Assembly: GCA_030826915.1 (NCBI GenBank)
Contig: JAUUDE010000059.1
Span: forward strand, 357 to 64,356
Origin: Thiomicrospira sp.
GTDB taxonomy: Bacteria > Pseudomonadota > Gammaproteobacteria > Thiomicrospirales > Thiomicrospiraceae
Direction of reading: 5' to 3'
DNA: 64,000 bases
The notes beneath the pieces are model-generated. The model was not told the origin of the DNA. It did no database searches and saw nothing but the letters and a program-made list of their open reading frames with translations. A program made the position numbers and the translations under genes. Within the stretch, counting starts at the first letter, position 1, and every line of letters starts with the position of its first letter. Shown here piece by piece: positions 10,687 to 21,466 of the stretch.

Positions 10687-11868
10687 ATGCGTTTAATTGT
10701 TATCTTAGCTACGGTTTTTCTAGCCGCAACTTCACTAGCTACATTGCTACTCTATGATAATGGCCGAGTCTCCATGCTTTGGGGTGATTGGGTAATAGAA
10801 ACCAGTTTTAGTTTTTTAATTGCAGCCATTCTGATTACTTTTATTGTTGGCTATGCTCTGTTACGCCTGTTGCTCAATATTTGGCATTTGCCTCTTTTTT
10901 GGAAGCGTCATCGCCGTTTACGTCAGTACAGTAAAGCAGAAACCGCTATGGCAAAAGGCATGATTGCTTTAGAGTATGGTGATTGGCATAAAGCTGAAAA
11001 AGAGCTGATCAAAAGTGCTAAAAATAGTGAAGCAGGCTTGGTTCATTATTTAAGTGCGGCTAAGATGGCTCATAATCAAAAGGCCTTTAAGCGCCGCGAT
11101 GAATATATTAATCAGGCACGAGAGGTTTACCCTTCCGAATACGTTACTATTGGCTTAGTTGAAGCGAGATTGCTTTCAGAAGATAGTCCAGGGATGGCAC
11201 TAGCGATTTTGCAAACCTTACATGAACAACAACCTAAGAATCCAACTATACTAGCGGAATATGCCGCAGGTTTGCGTCAGTTAGGTTCTTGGGATACGCT
11301 TGCTGAAATTCTACCTGATCTTAAAAAAACTCGGGCGTTGGATAGAGATGAATATGCTGAACTTGAACAACAATTTTGGGCAGGAAAGCTTGAAGCATCA
11401 AAAGATGAAGAGGAGCTTGAATCGATTTGGCAATCTTTGAGCAAGAAGCAACAGTTAACACCAGAGATTTTGGCAGAGTATGTCGAACACCGAATTGGTT
11501 GGGGACAAGAAGTTTCTATTGCAAGCCTGCTTGAAAAAGTAATCAAAAAGCAGTGGAATGACCGTTTAGTCTACCAGTATGGCCGTATTTCTTTAGGGCC
11601 TGCATTTGAGCGTTTAAAAATAGCGGAAAAATGGCGTACTGCAGACCCTGCCAGAGATAATAACCCTGTACTGTTACTCACTCTAGGACGTTTAGCTTGT
11701 AAGAGCCAATTATGGGCTATGGGGCAAAGCTATTTAAAGCAGAGTTTGAAGATTCAAGCAGAAGTGGAAACCTTTCATGCACTGGCTCAATGCTATGAAG
11801 CGGAAGGCAAAGAAAATCAAGCGGCACTTACCTATAAAGAAGCAATTCTACAGCTTGAAAACAAGTAA
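10687..11868 (+). CDS. hemY: HemY N-terminal domain/TPR protein
   Basis: N-terminal TMs with IETS motif, TPRs, LLLTLGRLA...LW; synteny. Confidence 0.88.
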   Translation: MRLIVILATVFLAATSLATLLLYDNGRVSMLWGDWVIETSFSFLIAAILITFIVGYALLRLLLNIWHLPLFWKRHRRLRQYSKAETAMAKGMIALEYGDWHKAEKELIKSAKNSEAGLVHYLSAAKMAHNQKAFKRRDEYINQAREVYPSEYVTIGLVEARLLSEDSPGMALAILQTLHEQQPKNPTILAEYAAGLRQLGSWDTLAEILPDLKKTRALDRDEYAELEQQFWAGKLEASKDEEELESIWQSLSKKQQLTPEILAEYVEHRIGWGQEVSIASLLEKVIKKQWNDRLVYQYGRISLGPAFERLKIAEKWRTADPARDNNPVLLLTLGRLACKSQLWAMGQSYLKQSLKIQAEVETFHALAQCYEAEGKENQAALTYKEAILQLENK

Positions 11869-12180
11869 GACTAGGTTGTTTATTGTTCTTTTGCCGTTTA
11901 AGGTAATGCAATAGATTTGGTAAACCAAGTAAGCAATAAAACTAGAGTGTTCTTAGTTTTTTAATGAATGCTCGAGCAAAAAAATCTGTTCAATTATGAA
12001 AGTTGGTTTGTGTAAAAGGCTTAATTGAATTCTTGTTTTATCTTAACCTAATTTAGCGTTGTCTTGACGACTTGTAATGCATGGGTTACTTTACGGCGAA
12101 TAAAAGTTAGCTTCATAAAATAGAAAAAGCCAGTAACTATGCTGTGTTATTGAAAAGCTCTTTTACTTGCATGCCAAATT

Positions 12181-13578
12181 TTATGCTTGGCTTTCTTTAT
12201 TTTCTACAGCAGAGAGTTTTGGTTTTTGTGGAATGCCTGACTGTGGGTAACTTCCTGTTTGTGCTTCGGAATCTCTCATTGATTTAACAGCGGCTTTTAA
12301 TAATTCTTTGGCAGTTGTTTCATCTCCAGAATATGTTGTGTGGCCAAGTTGTATGGTGAATTCATATTCAGGTTTAGCAATATTGTGTTGATTATTTTTC
12401 GGAAGTTCACTGTGAACAAGCCGGTTGTAAATATCTGTTTGTAACTTTTCAACGCCTTCTTCATCCGTTTCAGGCGCCACTATAGCAAATATGTGTTCTT
12501 CTAATCGGAAAGCCATATCTGTTTCACGTGTGTCATTATGAAGAATTTCTCCAAATACCATGTATTTAGATCCAGGCTTTTCGCGCTCAATATTTTTCGC
12601 GGTTGCGTTTAATACTTTCACATTAACAAGCTTAATTAATAGTAATGAGAATGGGTGTTGGTAACGATGGCTTCTAAAAATTTCATACTTTATGACTTCA
12701 TTGAAACGTTCTTTATGAAAAAGACCGGTTTCGTGTTCAGTAACTACAAGCGCGTCTAGTTTGTCGTAGATTCCTCTTATAATGTGAATATGCGTAGAGA
12801 TGCTCTCATCGATTTGATCAATTTCAATCATTTTTTGAGGGGTGCGTTCCCAGTCGATATGCTGTTCATGGCTGCTTAAACGTAGACGTTTAACTCGTTC
12901 ATTTAAACCTGATAGCGGTACGAGTAGGTTGGTTTGAACTAGTTTATTAGTGATGATTGTTGCAACAACAATGAAGATAAGCAGGAAGATTAAAAAGAAG
13001 ATGATGATTGAGGTTGCTGATATCTGATTAATAGACATTGGCACTTGTAAAACCATGGTGCCTGCAAGTGCACCGGCATAAACCTCACCTGTTTTGACCT
13101 CTTGCGAGTGGCAAACCAAGCATTGGCTTTGAAACTTAATTGGAATGGCTGCGTTGATTGTGCTGTTTAGAACATTCGTTTCAACAATAATGCGTTCATT
13201 TTTTTGAACGTCTTCAATCAGGCGTTCAAAAGTTGCCGTTGTAGGGGTTGAAGGATCAACTACATCATCTGTTTCAGGGTCTAAAAATTGCGGAGCTTTT
13301 TGTAAAAATAAGGCTGCCCCGGGCATTTTCTCTCGAACTCGTTGGTATACCTTGTCTATATTGTAAGGTTGCCATCCTGTGCTTATGTGTTCATTAATGG
13401 ATTCATAGCTTACTTTTTCAATATTTTCTATGTCAGAATTGATTGTATGCTTTAAAACAAAAAAAGCAGGAATCGTTGTTAAAGGCAAGCTAATAGCAAA
13501 GGCTACAGCAATTGCAATAAACAACTGTTTGAGAAGCACTGACTTGAATGTGAATTGCTTAAAGTTAACTTTTGCCAT
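12181..13578 (-). CDS. Membrane sensor with periplasmic c-type heme domain and a degenerate GGDEF-like domain
   Basis: Two TMs flanking CLVCH (CxxCH); C-terminal HETGLF...FSLLLI...RETDMAFRLEEHIFAIVAPET with the GGDEF signature replaced by LEEHIF. Confidence 0.75.
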   Translation of the reverse strand: MAKVNFKQFTFKSVLLKQLFIAIAVAFAISLPLTTIPAFFVLKHTINSDIENIEKVSYESINEHISTGWQPYNIDKVYQRVREKMPGAALFLQKAPQFLDPETDDVVDPSTPTTATFERLIEDVQKNERIIVETNVLNSTINAAIPIKFQSQCLVCHSQEVKTGEVYAGALAGTMVLQVPMSINQISATSIIIFFLIFLLIFIVVATIITNKLVQTNLLVPLSGLNERVKRLRLSSHEQHIDWERTPQKMIEIDQIDESISTHIHIIRGIYDKLDALVVTEHETGLFHKERFNEVIKYEIFRSHRYQHPFSLLLIKLVNVKVLNATAKNIEREKPGSKYMVFGEILHNDTRETDMAFRLEEHIFAIVAPETDEEGVEKLQTDIYNRLVHSELPKNNQHNIAKPEYEFTIQLGHTTYSGDETTAKELLKAAVKSMRDSEAQTGSYPQSGIPQKPKLSAVENKESQA

Positions 13579-13738
13579 AATCGTCTTTTAATTTTTACCT
13601 TTGCAATATAGACGAGCAGGTTCTTATTTTTGTATTAAAAGTGGGTAAGTAGGGATTAATAAATTAATAAGGGTATTAAGCTATTTTAAATGGCAAGTAT
13701 TAATTGTTATTCATTAAGTAATAGTACTATACTCATTA

Positions 13739-14428
13739 TCAGTGAATCAGATTATCTTCTGGTAGGCCTGCATCTAAAAAGGCTTGTTTGGCTGTTTGAA
13801 TCATTGGCCATGGACCGCACATATAGATGGTAGCGTGCTTTAAGCTAGGATGTTGTTTTAATACCGTTTCATGTACATTGCCAGATTCACCTTGCCAGCC
13901 TTGTGTTTCATCAGAAATCACAGGAATGTATTCAATATGACCTTCTCGCTGGGTAAGGTCAATTAACCATTCATGCATGTAAAGTTCTTCTGGCGAACGG
14001 GCTCCCCAGTAAAAGCTAATTGGTACAGAAATGTTTTGACGTAATGACTCTACGAGTAGCGCTCGTAAAGGTGCAAATCCTGTGCCGCCAGCCACAAAAA
14101 TTATAGCTTCATGAGCTGGTTTTAATTGCATTTGCGGCTTTGGACCTTGCATAACAAGTTTGTCGCCGGTGTTTGCGGCAAACAGCTTATCCATCCACTT
14201 GCTATCGGTCTGTTTGCGGATATGGCATTCAATTAGGCCATCTTCTCTAGGTGCGTTAGCGATAGAAAACGGTTTTAACTCTTCGGTATCAAAACCCAGC
14301 ATTATATAGTCGCCTGCGGTGTATGCAATGGGGTGCTCAGCCTTCAATAGTAACTGAATTATTTGTGGTGCAAGTTCCGTTTTGTGAACAACTTGCATGA
14401 CTTGTGTGGTGTTTTCAGGTGAAGACAT
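13739..14428 (-). CDS. fre: NAD(P)H-flavin reductase / FNR-family oxidoreductase
   Basis: KPFSIAN, VAGGTGFAP, YWGAR, YMCGPWPMI. Confidence 0.75.
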   Translation of the reverse strand: MSSPENTTQVMQVVHKTELAPQIIQLLLKAEHPIAYTAGDYIMLGFDTEELKPFSIANAPREDGLIECHIRKQTDSKWMDKLFAANTGDKLVMQGPKPQMQLKPAHEAIIFVAGGTGFAPLRALLVESLRQNISVPISFYWGARSPEELYMHEWLIDLTQREGHIEYIPVISDETQGWQGESGNVHETVLKQHPSLKHATIYMCGPWPMIQTAKQAFLDAGLPEDNLIH

Positions 14429-14437
14429 CAGGCTTCC

Positions 14438-15259
14438 TTAAAGTGTAAATTCAGTCCAAATTGGCGCATGGTCAGATGGTTTTTCCATGCCACGGATATC
14501 ATAGCCTACTTCACTGGCAATGGCTTTTTCATTCAGGCAAGAAGTTGCAAGCACCGTATCAATGCGTAAGCCTCGTCGTGGTTCTCTGTCAAATCCTTTC
14601 GAGCGGTAATCAAACCAGCTAAACACATCATTGGTTTCTGGATGAATTGTTCTATACGTATCATTTAACCCCCAGTCTAAAAGTCTTTGCCACCATTCAC
14701 GCTCTTCAGGTAAAAAGCTGGTTTTACCATCTCGTAACCAACGCTTGCGATTAGGTTCGCCAATACCAATATCTAAATCGGTAGGTGAAATATTGAAATC
14801 ACCAATAACGGCAATCTGATCTTCTGGATTGCAGTCTGTATTTAAATAGTTCATTAGGTCTTGATAAAATTTTACTTTTGCTGGAAATTTGATTGGGTGG
14901 GCACGATTTTCACCTTGAGGAAAGTAGCCATTAATAACACGTACTTTTTCACCATTTTCTAAAACAAAATCACCAATAATCATGCGTTTCTGAGCATCTT
15001 CAGTATCGGTTTTCCAACCCTTTTGATGGTCAGCGAGTTCAATTCCTTTTCTATAAAGCAACGCCACGCCATAGTGGGTTTTTTGTCCCATAAAAATAGC
15101 GTTATAACCCATCTCTTCAAGTGCTTCTAAAGGAAATTCGTGATCTTGGACTTTGGTTTCTTGTAATCCAATAATATCGGGTGCAATTTGATCCGTTAAG
15201 GCTTGCAGTTGGTGAAGACGTAAGCGTACGCTGTTGGTATTAAATGAAACAATTTTCAT
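14438..15259 (-). CDS. xthA: Exodeoxyribonuclease III
   Basis: MKIVSFNTNS, GLQETK, GDFNI, SWFDYRS, GLRID, PSDHAP. Confidence 0.96.
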   Translation of the reverse strand: MKIVSFNTNSVRLRLHQLQALTDQIAPDIIGLQETKVQDHEFPLEALEEMGYNAIFMGQKTHYGVALLYRKGIELADHQKGWKTDTEDAQKRMIIGDFVLENGEKVRVINGYFPQGENRAHPIKFPAKVKFYQDLMNYLNTDCNPEDQIAVIGDFNISPTDLDIGIGEPNRKRWLRDGKTSFLPEEREWWQRLLDWGLNDTYRTIHPETNDVFSWFDYRSKGFDREPRRGLRIDTVLATSCLNEKAIASEVGYDIRGMEKPSDHAPIWTEFTL

Positions 15260-15497
15260 GTGGTAGTCCAAGGTGTAAATAATAATCAAATAAATGGTAA
15301 TGGCTAGGCCGCATTTACTATGCTGAAATTATAGCGGAAGTCCGTTCAAATTACAGCCAATTAGAGGTCTAATCACTTTATACCTAAAATTTATTGATTT
15401 CAGTCTATATCGAACAAATTATAAGCTTTGATGCGTAAAGGTCTCTTTTAATTTGCTATGATATTTGGCATTGTTTTATTTTAGAGAGTTTTGATTT

Positions 15498-16355
15498 ATG
15501 AACCATGTTTATCGTTTGGTTATTTCGTGTCCTGACCAGGTTGGGATTGTTGCTAAGGTTGCAGAGTATATCGCGGAGCAGGGAGGTTCAATCGTTGAAG
15601 CAAATCATCATACCGATTCGGCGAATGGTTGGTTTTTTATGCGCCATGAGATTTTAGCGAGTTCGTTGTCAATATCCCTTGCCGAATTTGAAGCAGGTTT
15701 CCAAAAAGTTGCAGATTCGTTTGACATGCAGTGGTATATTTCGGATTCTCACAAGCCTAAAAAGATTGCACTGTTTGCTTCTAAAGAGTCGCACTGTTTA
15801 GCGGATTTATTGCATCGTTGGCATGAAAATGAGCTACCAGGTGAGGTGGTGTGTGTGGTGGCTAACCATAATGATTTACGCTCAATGGTTGAGTGGTATA
15901 AAGTGCCTTTTCACCATGTGCCTGTCACGCCTAATACCAAGCCGCAAGCGTTTGCTGAGGCTGAATCAATAGTCGCTCAATATGGTGCTGATGTGATTGT
16001 ATTAGCGCGTTATATGCAAATCCTGCCTCCAAAAATGTGTTCAGACTATGCAGGCCAGGTCATCAATATTCATCACAGTTTTTTACCCTCCTTTGTAGGA
16101 GCTAAACCTTATCACCAAGCATCTGAACGTGGCGTTAAATTGATTGGGGCAACCTGTCATTATGTAACGGAAGACTTGGATGAAGGGCCAATTATTGAAC
16201 AAGACGTGATTCGCATTAACCATTCTCAGACCATTGATGACTTAAAGCGTCTAGGGAGAGATGTTGAGAAAACGGTTTTAGCCCGAGGTTTACGTTATCA
16301 TTTGGAAGATAGAGTTTTGGTTCATGGAAACAAAACCGTGGTATTTAATGCTTAG
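15498..16355 (+). CDS. purU: Formyltetrahydrofolate deformylase
   Basis: ACT domain CPDQVGIVA, LARYMQIL, INIHHSFLPSFVGAKPY, LDEGPIIEQ. Confidence 0.97.
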   Translation: MNHVYRLVISCPDQVGIVAKVAEYIAEQGGSIVEANHHTDSANGWFFMRHEILASSLSISLAEFEAGFQKVADSFDMQWYISDSHKPKKIALFASKESHCLADLLHRWHENELPGEVVCVVANHNDLRSMVEWYKVPFHHVPVTPNTKPQAFAEAESIVAQYGADVIVLARYMQILPPKMCSDYAGQVINIHHSFLPSFVGAKPYHQASERGVKLIGATCHYVTEDLDEGPIIEQDVIRINHSQTIDDLKRLGRDVEKTVLARGLRYHLEDRVLVHGNKTVVFNA

Positions 16356-16428
16356 TTTTCATCATGAATTTGTTAAAACGACTAGGTGAAGTTTTTAAAA
16401 GATTCAAGCCTGGTTGTTAGTCGTTATT

Positions 16429-18678
16429 TTAGTAACCAAATGTGGGTTTTTTAATACGATTTCCAGTATTCGCAGTGGTATTTACTGTGTTGGGAAACCA
16501 ATCTGTCATCATTTTTTTAAGCGCTTGTTCCACACTTTTTCTGCCTGATAGATGGTGTTGGTGTGCAACATTCTGCCAGCTATTTTTCTTCAAGATTTTA
16601 TCGCACCAAATGGCTTGTTCAGCAGGGCTGGCTTGTATGATTTGGTGCGCTGACTGTAAGCTCCATTCCCAAATTTTATTGCTGATGGATTCGTAAGGAC
16701 GTTGGCCATTTTGATAGAGTTGTAAGGCTTTATTAAGGCCAAGGTTACGTTTTTTAAAGCGAAAGGTATTGATGATTTGCCAAACTTGATTGGCGGGTAA
16801 ATGAGGTAAAGATTCTAATAAAAGATGCGGAAACTGTTCCTGAAAACGAGTCTGAATAAAAGAGAGTGCTTGTCTTGCCATTGCTGTTAGCGGTTTGGCT
16901 AAAACTAAATTATGACTACCACTGGCCTTATCGCGTTTTACACCAACATGCAGTGGCCAATAATGTTGTTCAATCCAAAATGGTAGCAGCTCTTCACTGG
17001 CACCAAAACTGGTACTTACATAGTCAATGCGTGACAAAGTAGCGAGCTTTTCCACCTCTTGCAGTAAGTGTTGACCAATTCCATTTCGCTGATAAGCTGG
17101 ATGCACGGCAATGCGCATAATTCGCCAGGTTGAGAGCATTAAAAAGTCAGTTTGAGCGTAGTGTTTGGTTAAGAGTTGTGGTACTAGATGGCCATGAGCG
17201 CGGGAATTATTGCTATGGATTTTACCCTCTTCAATACAAAGTACAGCTCCTACAACATGGTTTTGATTGCCTTGTCGGGTAGAGGCGGTCAAAATTTTGA
17301 TATTGGGCGCATTGAGTAGCTGTTGTAAATCATTAGGGCTTGTCTGGTAATGTGCTTGAACTAACAGCCCAAATAAAGACTCCATCATGGCTCGGTTTTC
17401 AAGTAAATCGGTTGAAGTGACGGTTTGAAAACAAAGATCAAGCGGATTGATGGTGTCAAACAAATCCCTGTCTGCGATTTCCTTTAAAGAAGCATCTAAT
17501 AATAAAGCATGGTTGATTGCCTTTTCTAAAGGGTCATTATCTGCCCAGCGAATGGGCTGGTTGAGTTGGCATAATTTCCAATCAGGGGTAAGTCGATTAA
17601 GCTGTTTTTTAAAGCGCAGTTCAAAACCTCTACCTGAACCTTCATAGCCATGAAGAGTCGTTGCAAAAACTAAACGGTGATGCCGATTTAAAATATCAGT
17701 AAGTAACGGTGTAGGCAGGTGTGCGGCTTCATCAACCATCAGTACATCCGCGGAGGTTGGGTTTAGAATTAAAAAATCTGGCGCAATGAATTCGATACGT
17801 TTAACGGAGTTTTGATAGGTAAACTCCAATAAACCGGGTTTGTTGATGGTGATTTCAATATCAAGTTGGTTACTGTTCAGAGCTTTAATGCTATGTAAAG
17901 CATGTTTAAAAGCCGAGCAGGCCTGGTCAAGACGGCTGGCTGTAATAGCAATATGTTGTTTGCCTTCTATTAAACAGTCCACCGCAGCAATACCAAGTGC
18001 ACTGCTTTTGCCACGCCCTCTATCTGCGGTAATGACTAGGGGGCGTTTACGATGACCGAAGGCCACAGAGTGAATTGCTTGTATGGCATTTTTTTGGTCT
18101 TGAGTAGGAAGGGCTTGTTTATACGATTTTGTGCTGTCAGTTATGGCAGTAGAAGGAGTTGATATTGGTTTATCCTGTTCTATCGAAACCACATCATTAT
18201 CTTTCCAACTTTGCATAAGGTGCTGGGTAAATGCATTGCTTGCATCATTGAAGGTAAGCGGGGTATTAAGAAAACGGCTATTTTCTGGATTTGGCAGGGT
18301 ATGCCAGTCTTCTTTTTTAGGTGTTAATAAAATTAAAAGGCCGCCAGATTGAATCATGCCTGAAACAATGCCTAAAGTATCAGCACTGTAGCCATAACGA
18401 ACATCAATAATGGCTCCTGAGATTTCTTGTCCTAGATAGTAAGAGAGACGTTTGGATTCAATGCATTCAAATTCATGTTCCGCAAAAGGTTCAGGTATTG
18501 TGGAAGTTGGCCCATCATTTGGGAGACATGGCTGTGCGGTTACCCAAAAAACGCGTTCATGCTTTTTGTATAAATCTGTTAAAAATTGGTTTTGCCACTG
18601 CGTCTCACCACTTAAAATAACTAAGTTACGGTGATGTTCTGAAAAGAGTTTGTTGCGTAATTGAATCAGTTTAGACAT
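16429..18678 (-). CDS. tmcA: tRNA(Met) cytidine acetyltransferase
   Basis: TADRGRGKSSALG, VDEAA, TTLHGYEGSGRGF, AHYQTSPNDL, RIAVHP GNAT domain. Confidence 0.95.
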   Translation of the reverse strand: MSKLIQLRNKLFSEHHRNLVILSGETQWQNQFLTDLYKKHERVFWVTAQPCLPNDGPTSTIPEPFAEHEFECIESKRLSYYLGQEISGAIIDVRYGYSADTLGIVSGMIQSGGLLILLTPKKEDWHTLPNPENSRFLNTPLTFNDASNAFTQHLMQSWKDNDVVSIEQDKPISTPSTAITDSTKSYKQALPTQDQKNAIQAIHSVAFGHRKRPLVITADRGRGKSSALGIAAVDCLIEGKQHIAITASRLDQACSAFKHALHSIKALNSNQLDIEITINKPGLLEFTYQNSVKRIEFIAPDFLILNPTSADVLMVDEAAHLPTPLLTDILNRHHRLVFATTLHGYEGSGRGFELRFKKQLNRLTPDWKLCQLNQPIRWADNDPLEKAINHALLLDASLKEIADRDLFDTINPLDLCFQTVTSTDLLENRAMMESLFGLLVQAHYQTSPNDLQQLLNAPNIKILTASTRQGNQNHVVGAVLCIEEGKIHSNNSRAHGHLVPQLLTKHYAQTDFLMLSTWRIMRIAVHPAYQRNGIGQHLLQEVEKLATLSRIDYVSTSFGASEELLPFWIEQHYWPLHVGVKRDKASGSHNLVLAKPLTAMARQALSFIQTRFQEQFPHLLLESLPHLPANQVWQIINTFRFKKRNLGLNKALQLYQNGQRPYESISNKIWEWSLQSAHQIIQASPAEQAIWCDKILKKNSWQNVAHQHHLSGRKSVEQALKKMMTDWFPNTVNTTANTGNRIKKPTFGY

Positions 18679-18694
18679 ATCGATTTAAGTAGTT

Positions 18695-18820
18695 TTATTC
18701 GTATAGCCATTCAGATAATGGCTTGGGTTTACCAAGATCATAACCTTGCCCGTAAGTAACGACGATGCGAGTCAGTTCGTCAACGTATTCTGCAAGAGTT
18801 TCTTGGTTTTTAAGGTACAA
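18695..18820 (-). pseudogene. Remnant of an EAL phosphodiesterase C-terminus (41 codons)
   Basis: Manual translation MYLKNQETLAEYVDELTRIVVTYGQGYDLGKPKPLSEWLYE* contains AExV and QGYxxGKP motifs. Confidence 0.6.
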
Positions 18821-18887
18821 ATCTATTGAATATAGCGTATTACAGCATTGTATGCTGGATCTATAAGCAAATTCTATAACATAGCTT

Positions 18888-19325
18888 CTATGAATTGTGA
18901 CGATGCGCTTTAAAATCTAAGCTCGCTGAATTTATGCAATAACGCAGGCCTGTGGGTTGTGGGCCATCTGTAAATACGTGGCCTAGGTGACTATGACAAA
19001 CAGTACATAATACTTCAGTACGTTGCATGCCATGTGAATGGTCAACACGTTCAATCACCGCTTCTTTAGTAATGGGTTGCCAATAACTTGGCCAGCCTGA
19101 GCCAGAATCGTACTTTTCACTAGAAGAAAAAAGTGGCGTTTTACAACAGGCGCATAGATAAATACCTGGTGTTTTTAGATCCCAGTATTTACCTGTAAAA
19201 GCGCGTTCCGTTCCACCGCAGCGACAGATATTGTACTGTTCAGGAGTTAGATTCTCTTTCCAGTGTGCGTCGGATGGCGTTTCTGTTGTGTCTTCTGTAT
19301 TAAGGGTGTTCTCATCTTCTTTCAT
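18888..19325 (-). CDS. msrB: Peptide-methionine (R)-S-oxide reductase
   Basis: [31 protein letters not shown], two CxxC. Confidence 0.97.
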   Translation of the reverse strand: MKEDENTLNTEDTTETPSDAHWKENLTPEQYNICRCGGTERAFTGKYWDLKTPGIYLCACCKTPLFSSSEKYDSGSGWPSYWQPITKEAVIERVDHSHGMQRTEVLCTVCHSHLGHVFTDGPQPTGLRYCINSASLDFKAHRHNS

Positions 19326-19399
19326 TGAGTACTCCTAGCAGGCGTATAATGACAATAATTCTTACACTGCCAATATAACTGATTAAATCAAAATTACAA

Positions 19400-21466
19400 A
19401 TGTCATCAAATAAACTCACTTTAGCACAAGTTAGCTGGATAAATGAAGCGGTTCCAAAATCGGAGCAGTTTGAAGATTTTTATTTTTCAACCGATGGTGG
19501 CATGGCAGAGGTTGAGCATACCTTTATTAAGCCTAGTAAACTCGCTGAACGCTTTCAAAATCTAGCAGATAATCAGGTGTTTAGAATAGCTGAAACGGGC
19601 TTTGGTTCGGGGCTGAACTTTTTAATGACTTGTGATTTATGGCTTCAATTAGCAAGCCATTCTGCGCAACTGCACTTTATTTCCTTTGAAAAATACCCGT
19701 TGGATAATCCAGATTTAGCAAAGGCACACCAAGCCTTTCCAACTTTGAGTCATTTAGCAAAAGAGTTGCAAGATAAGTATCCATTGCTTCTACCAGGCTG
19801 GCATGACGTTTGGCTGTTTAATAATAGAGTACGCTTAACACTTTGGTTTGGTGATGTACTAAAAGGCTTGCCTGAGTGTGATGCATCGAATAGCTCAAAA
19901 GTCGATGTTTGGTTTTTAGATGGTTTTGCCCCTGTTAAAAACCCTGATATGTGGCAACCTGGGCTTTATCAGCAGATGGCGCGTTTAAGTCATTTAGAAA
20001 CCACTTTTGCAACTTTTACCGCTGCTGGTGATGTTAGGCGTGCATTGCAGAAGGTAGGTTTTGAGGTTAATAAAGCGTCCGGTTTTGGCAAAAAACGAGA
20101 AATTTGCTCTGGATGCTTAATTCAACAGCGCCCATACAGCTTAAAGACTCCGTGGTTTAGTCGCCCAGAGCCTGTAAATAATAAAAAACCAGGTAAGGCA
20201 ATTGTTATTGGAGCAGGCCTGGCAGGTGGCGCAATGGCGAATAAGTTAGCGCAAGCAGGTTGGCAAGTAAACGTTTTAGAGGCTGGAGAAGAGGTTGCAA
20301 CCCAAGCCTCTGGTAACTTAGCGGGGGCGGTACATCCGTTAATTACTGCAGATTGGAATTTACGTAGTCAATGGTATTTGCAAGGTTTTGAAGCAACGTT
20401 AAGAGCGGTACTTCCCTGGCTGAAAGAGTCAAATAAAAATATTGCTTCATTAGAAGCTTCACGTGAAACATCAAAAGAAATCTATCTTAAAAGTGAACTT
20501 GGAGACTTAGCAGGCCTGGTGCAATTAGCCGTAACAGAAACCAGTTTAAAGCGAATAACCGAAGCATTTAAACGGGTGGGGCTGCCAGAAGATTTTGTTA
20601 GAGAAGTGACGCAAAAACAGGCAGAGGATTTGATTGGTAGTCGGGTAAATGTTTCGGGCGTTTTGTTTCCACAAGGTGGCTGGCTTTATCCAAAGGCAAT
20701 AATTCAACGCTGTTTGGCGAATGATAATATTGAATTAGTAACGAATTGTAAGGTTTTAGATATTCAGCAAATGTCTAAAAATAATCAGGTTTCTTGGCAG
20801 GTTGTAACGAAACAGAAAAACTTTAGTGCGGATGTTGTTGTTGTGGCAACAGGAAGTTTAGACACGCACTTGAATGATAAGTTGGGTTTGCCTATCCGTC
20901 CAGTAAAAGGACAAGTATCGCACCTAAGTGCCGAGCAACAATCAACTGAACTCAAGCTTGCCGTGACGCATGAAGGATATTCTGTGGCTTGTGGTCAGGG
21001 CAAGGCGGTAACAGGTGCCACCTTTGAAGCACCAGATATGAGTGTTGAATTGTCCTTAAAAAGTCACCAAGCCAATTTAGATATTACCCAAACCGCGTTG
21101 CCTGATTGGCTAAAGGCGGAACCAGCCGACTTGACAGGAAGAGTTGCATTTAGGCCAACCACTCCAGATCATTTGCCCATAATTGGCGCTATTGCTGATA
21201 AGGATTGGATGCAGTCAGCTTATTTATCGCAGTCTCATACCCATGCGGTTTATCGTTATGAGAAACAGTGTTATCAAACAGGCCTGTATGTTTCAAATGG
21301 CCATGGCCCAAGAGGCTTAATGTCGGTTTTTTTAGCTGCAGAGAGTTTGTTAGCCGATATTTCAGGAGAGGCATTACCGCAACCGCTGTCGCTTTATCAT
21401 GCAAGTCATCCAGCACGTTTCCAAATTCGTCGTTGGCGTAGTGGGGATAAAGTAGAGATAAACTAG
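19400..21466 (+). CDS. mnmC: Bifunctional tRNA mnm5s2U34 methyltransferase/oxidoreductase
   Basis: ETGFGSGLNF, WFLDGFAP, GFGKKRE, GAGLAG FAD motif, ASGN, GHGPRG. Confidence 0.95.
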   Translation: MSSNKLTLAQVSWINEAVPKSEQFEDFYFSTDGGMAEVEHTFIKPSKLAERFQNLADNQVFRIAETGFGSGLNFLMTCDLWLQLASHSAQLHFISFEKYPLDNPDLAKAHQAFPTLSHLAKELQDKYPLLLPGWHDVWLFNNRVRLTLWFGDVLKGLPECDASNSSKVDVWFLDGFAPVKNPDMWQPGLYQQMARLSHLETTFATFTAAGDVRRALQKVGFEVNKASGFGKKREICSGCLIQQRPYSLKTPWFSRPEPVNNKKPGKAIVIGAGLAGGAMANKLAQAGWQVNVLEAGEEVATQASGNLAGAVHPLITADWNLRSQWYLQGFEATLRAVLPWLKESNKNIASLEASRETSKEIYLKSELGDLAGLVQLAVTETSLKRITEAFKRVGLPEDFVREVTQKQAEDLIGSRVNVSGVLFPQGGWLYPKAIIQRCLANDNIELVTNCKVLDIQQMSKNNQVSWQVVTKQKNFSADVVVVATGSLDTHLNDKLGLPIRPVKGQVSHLSAEQQSTELKLAVTHEGYSVACGQGKAVTGATFEAPDMSVELSLKSHQANLDITQTALPDWLKAEPADLTGRVAFRPTTPDHLPIIGAIADKDWMQSAYLSQSHTHAVYRYEKQCYQTGLYVSNGHGPRGLMSVFLAAESLLADISGEALPQPLSLYHASHPARFQIRRWRSGDKVEIN

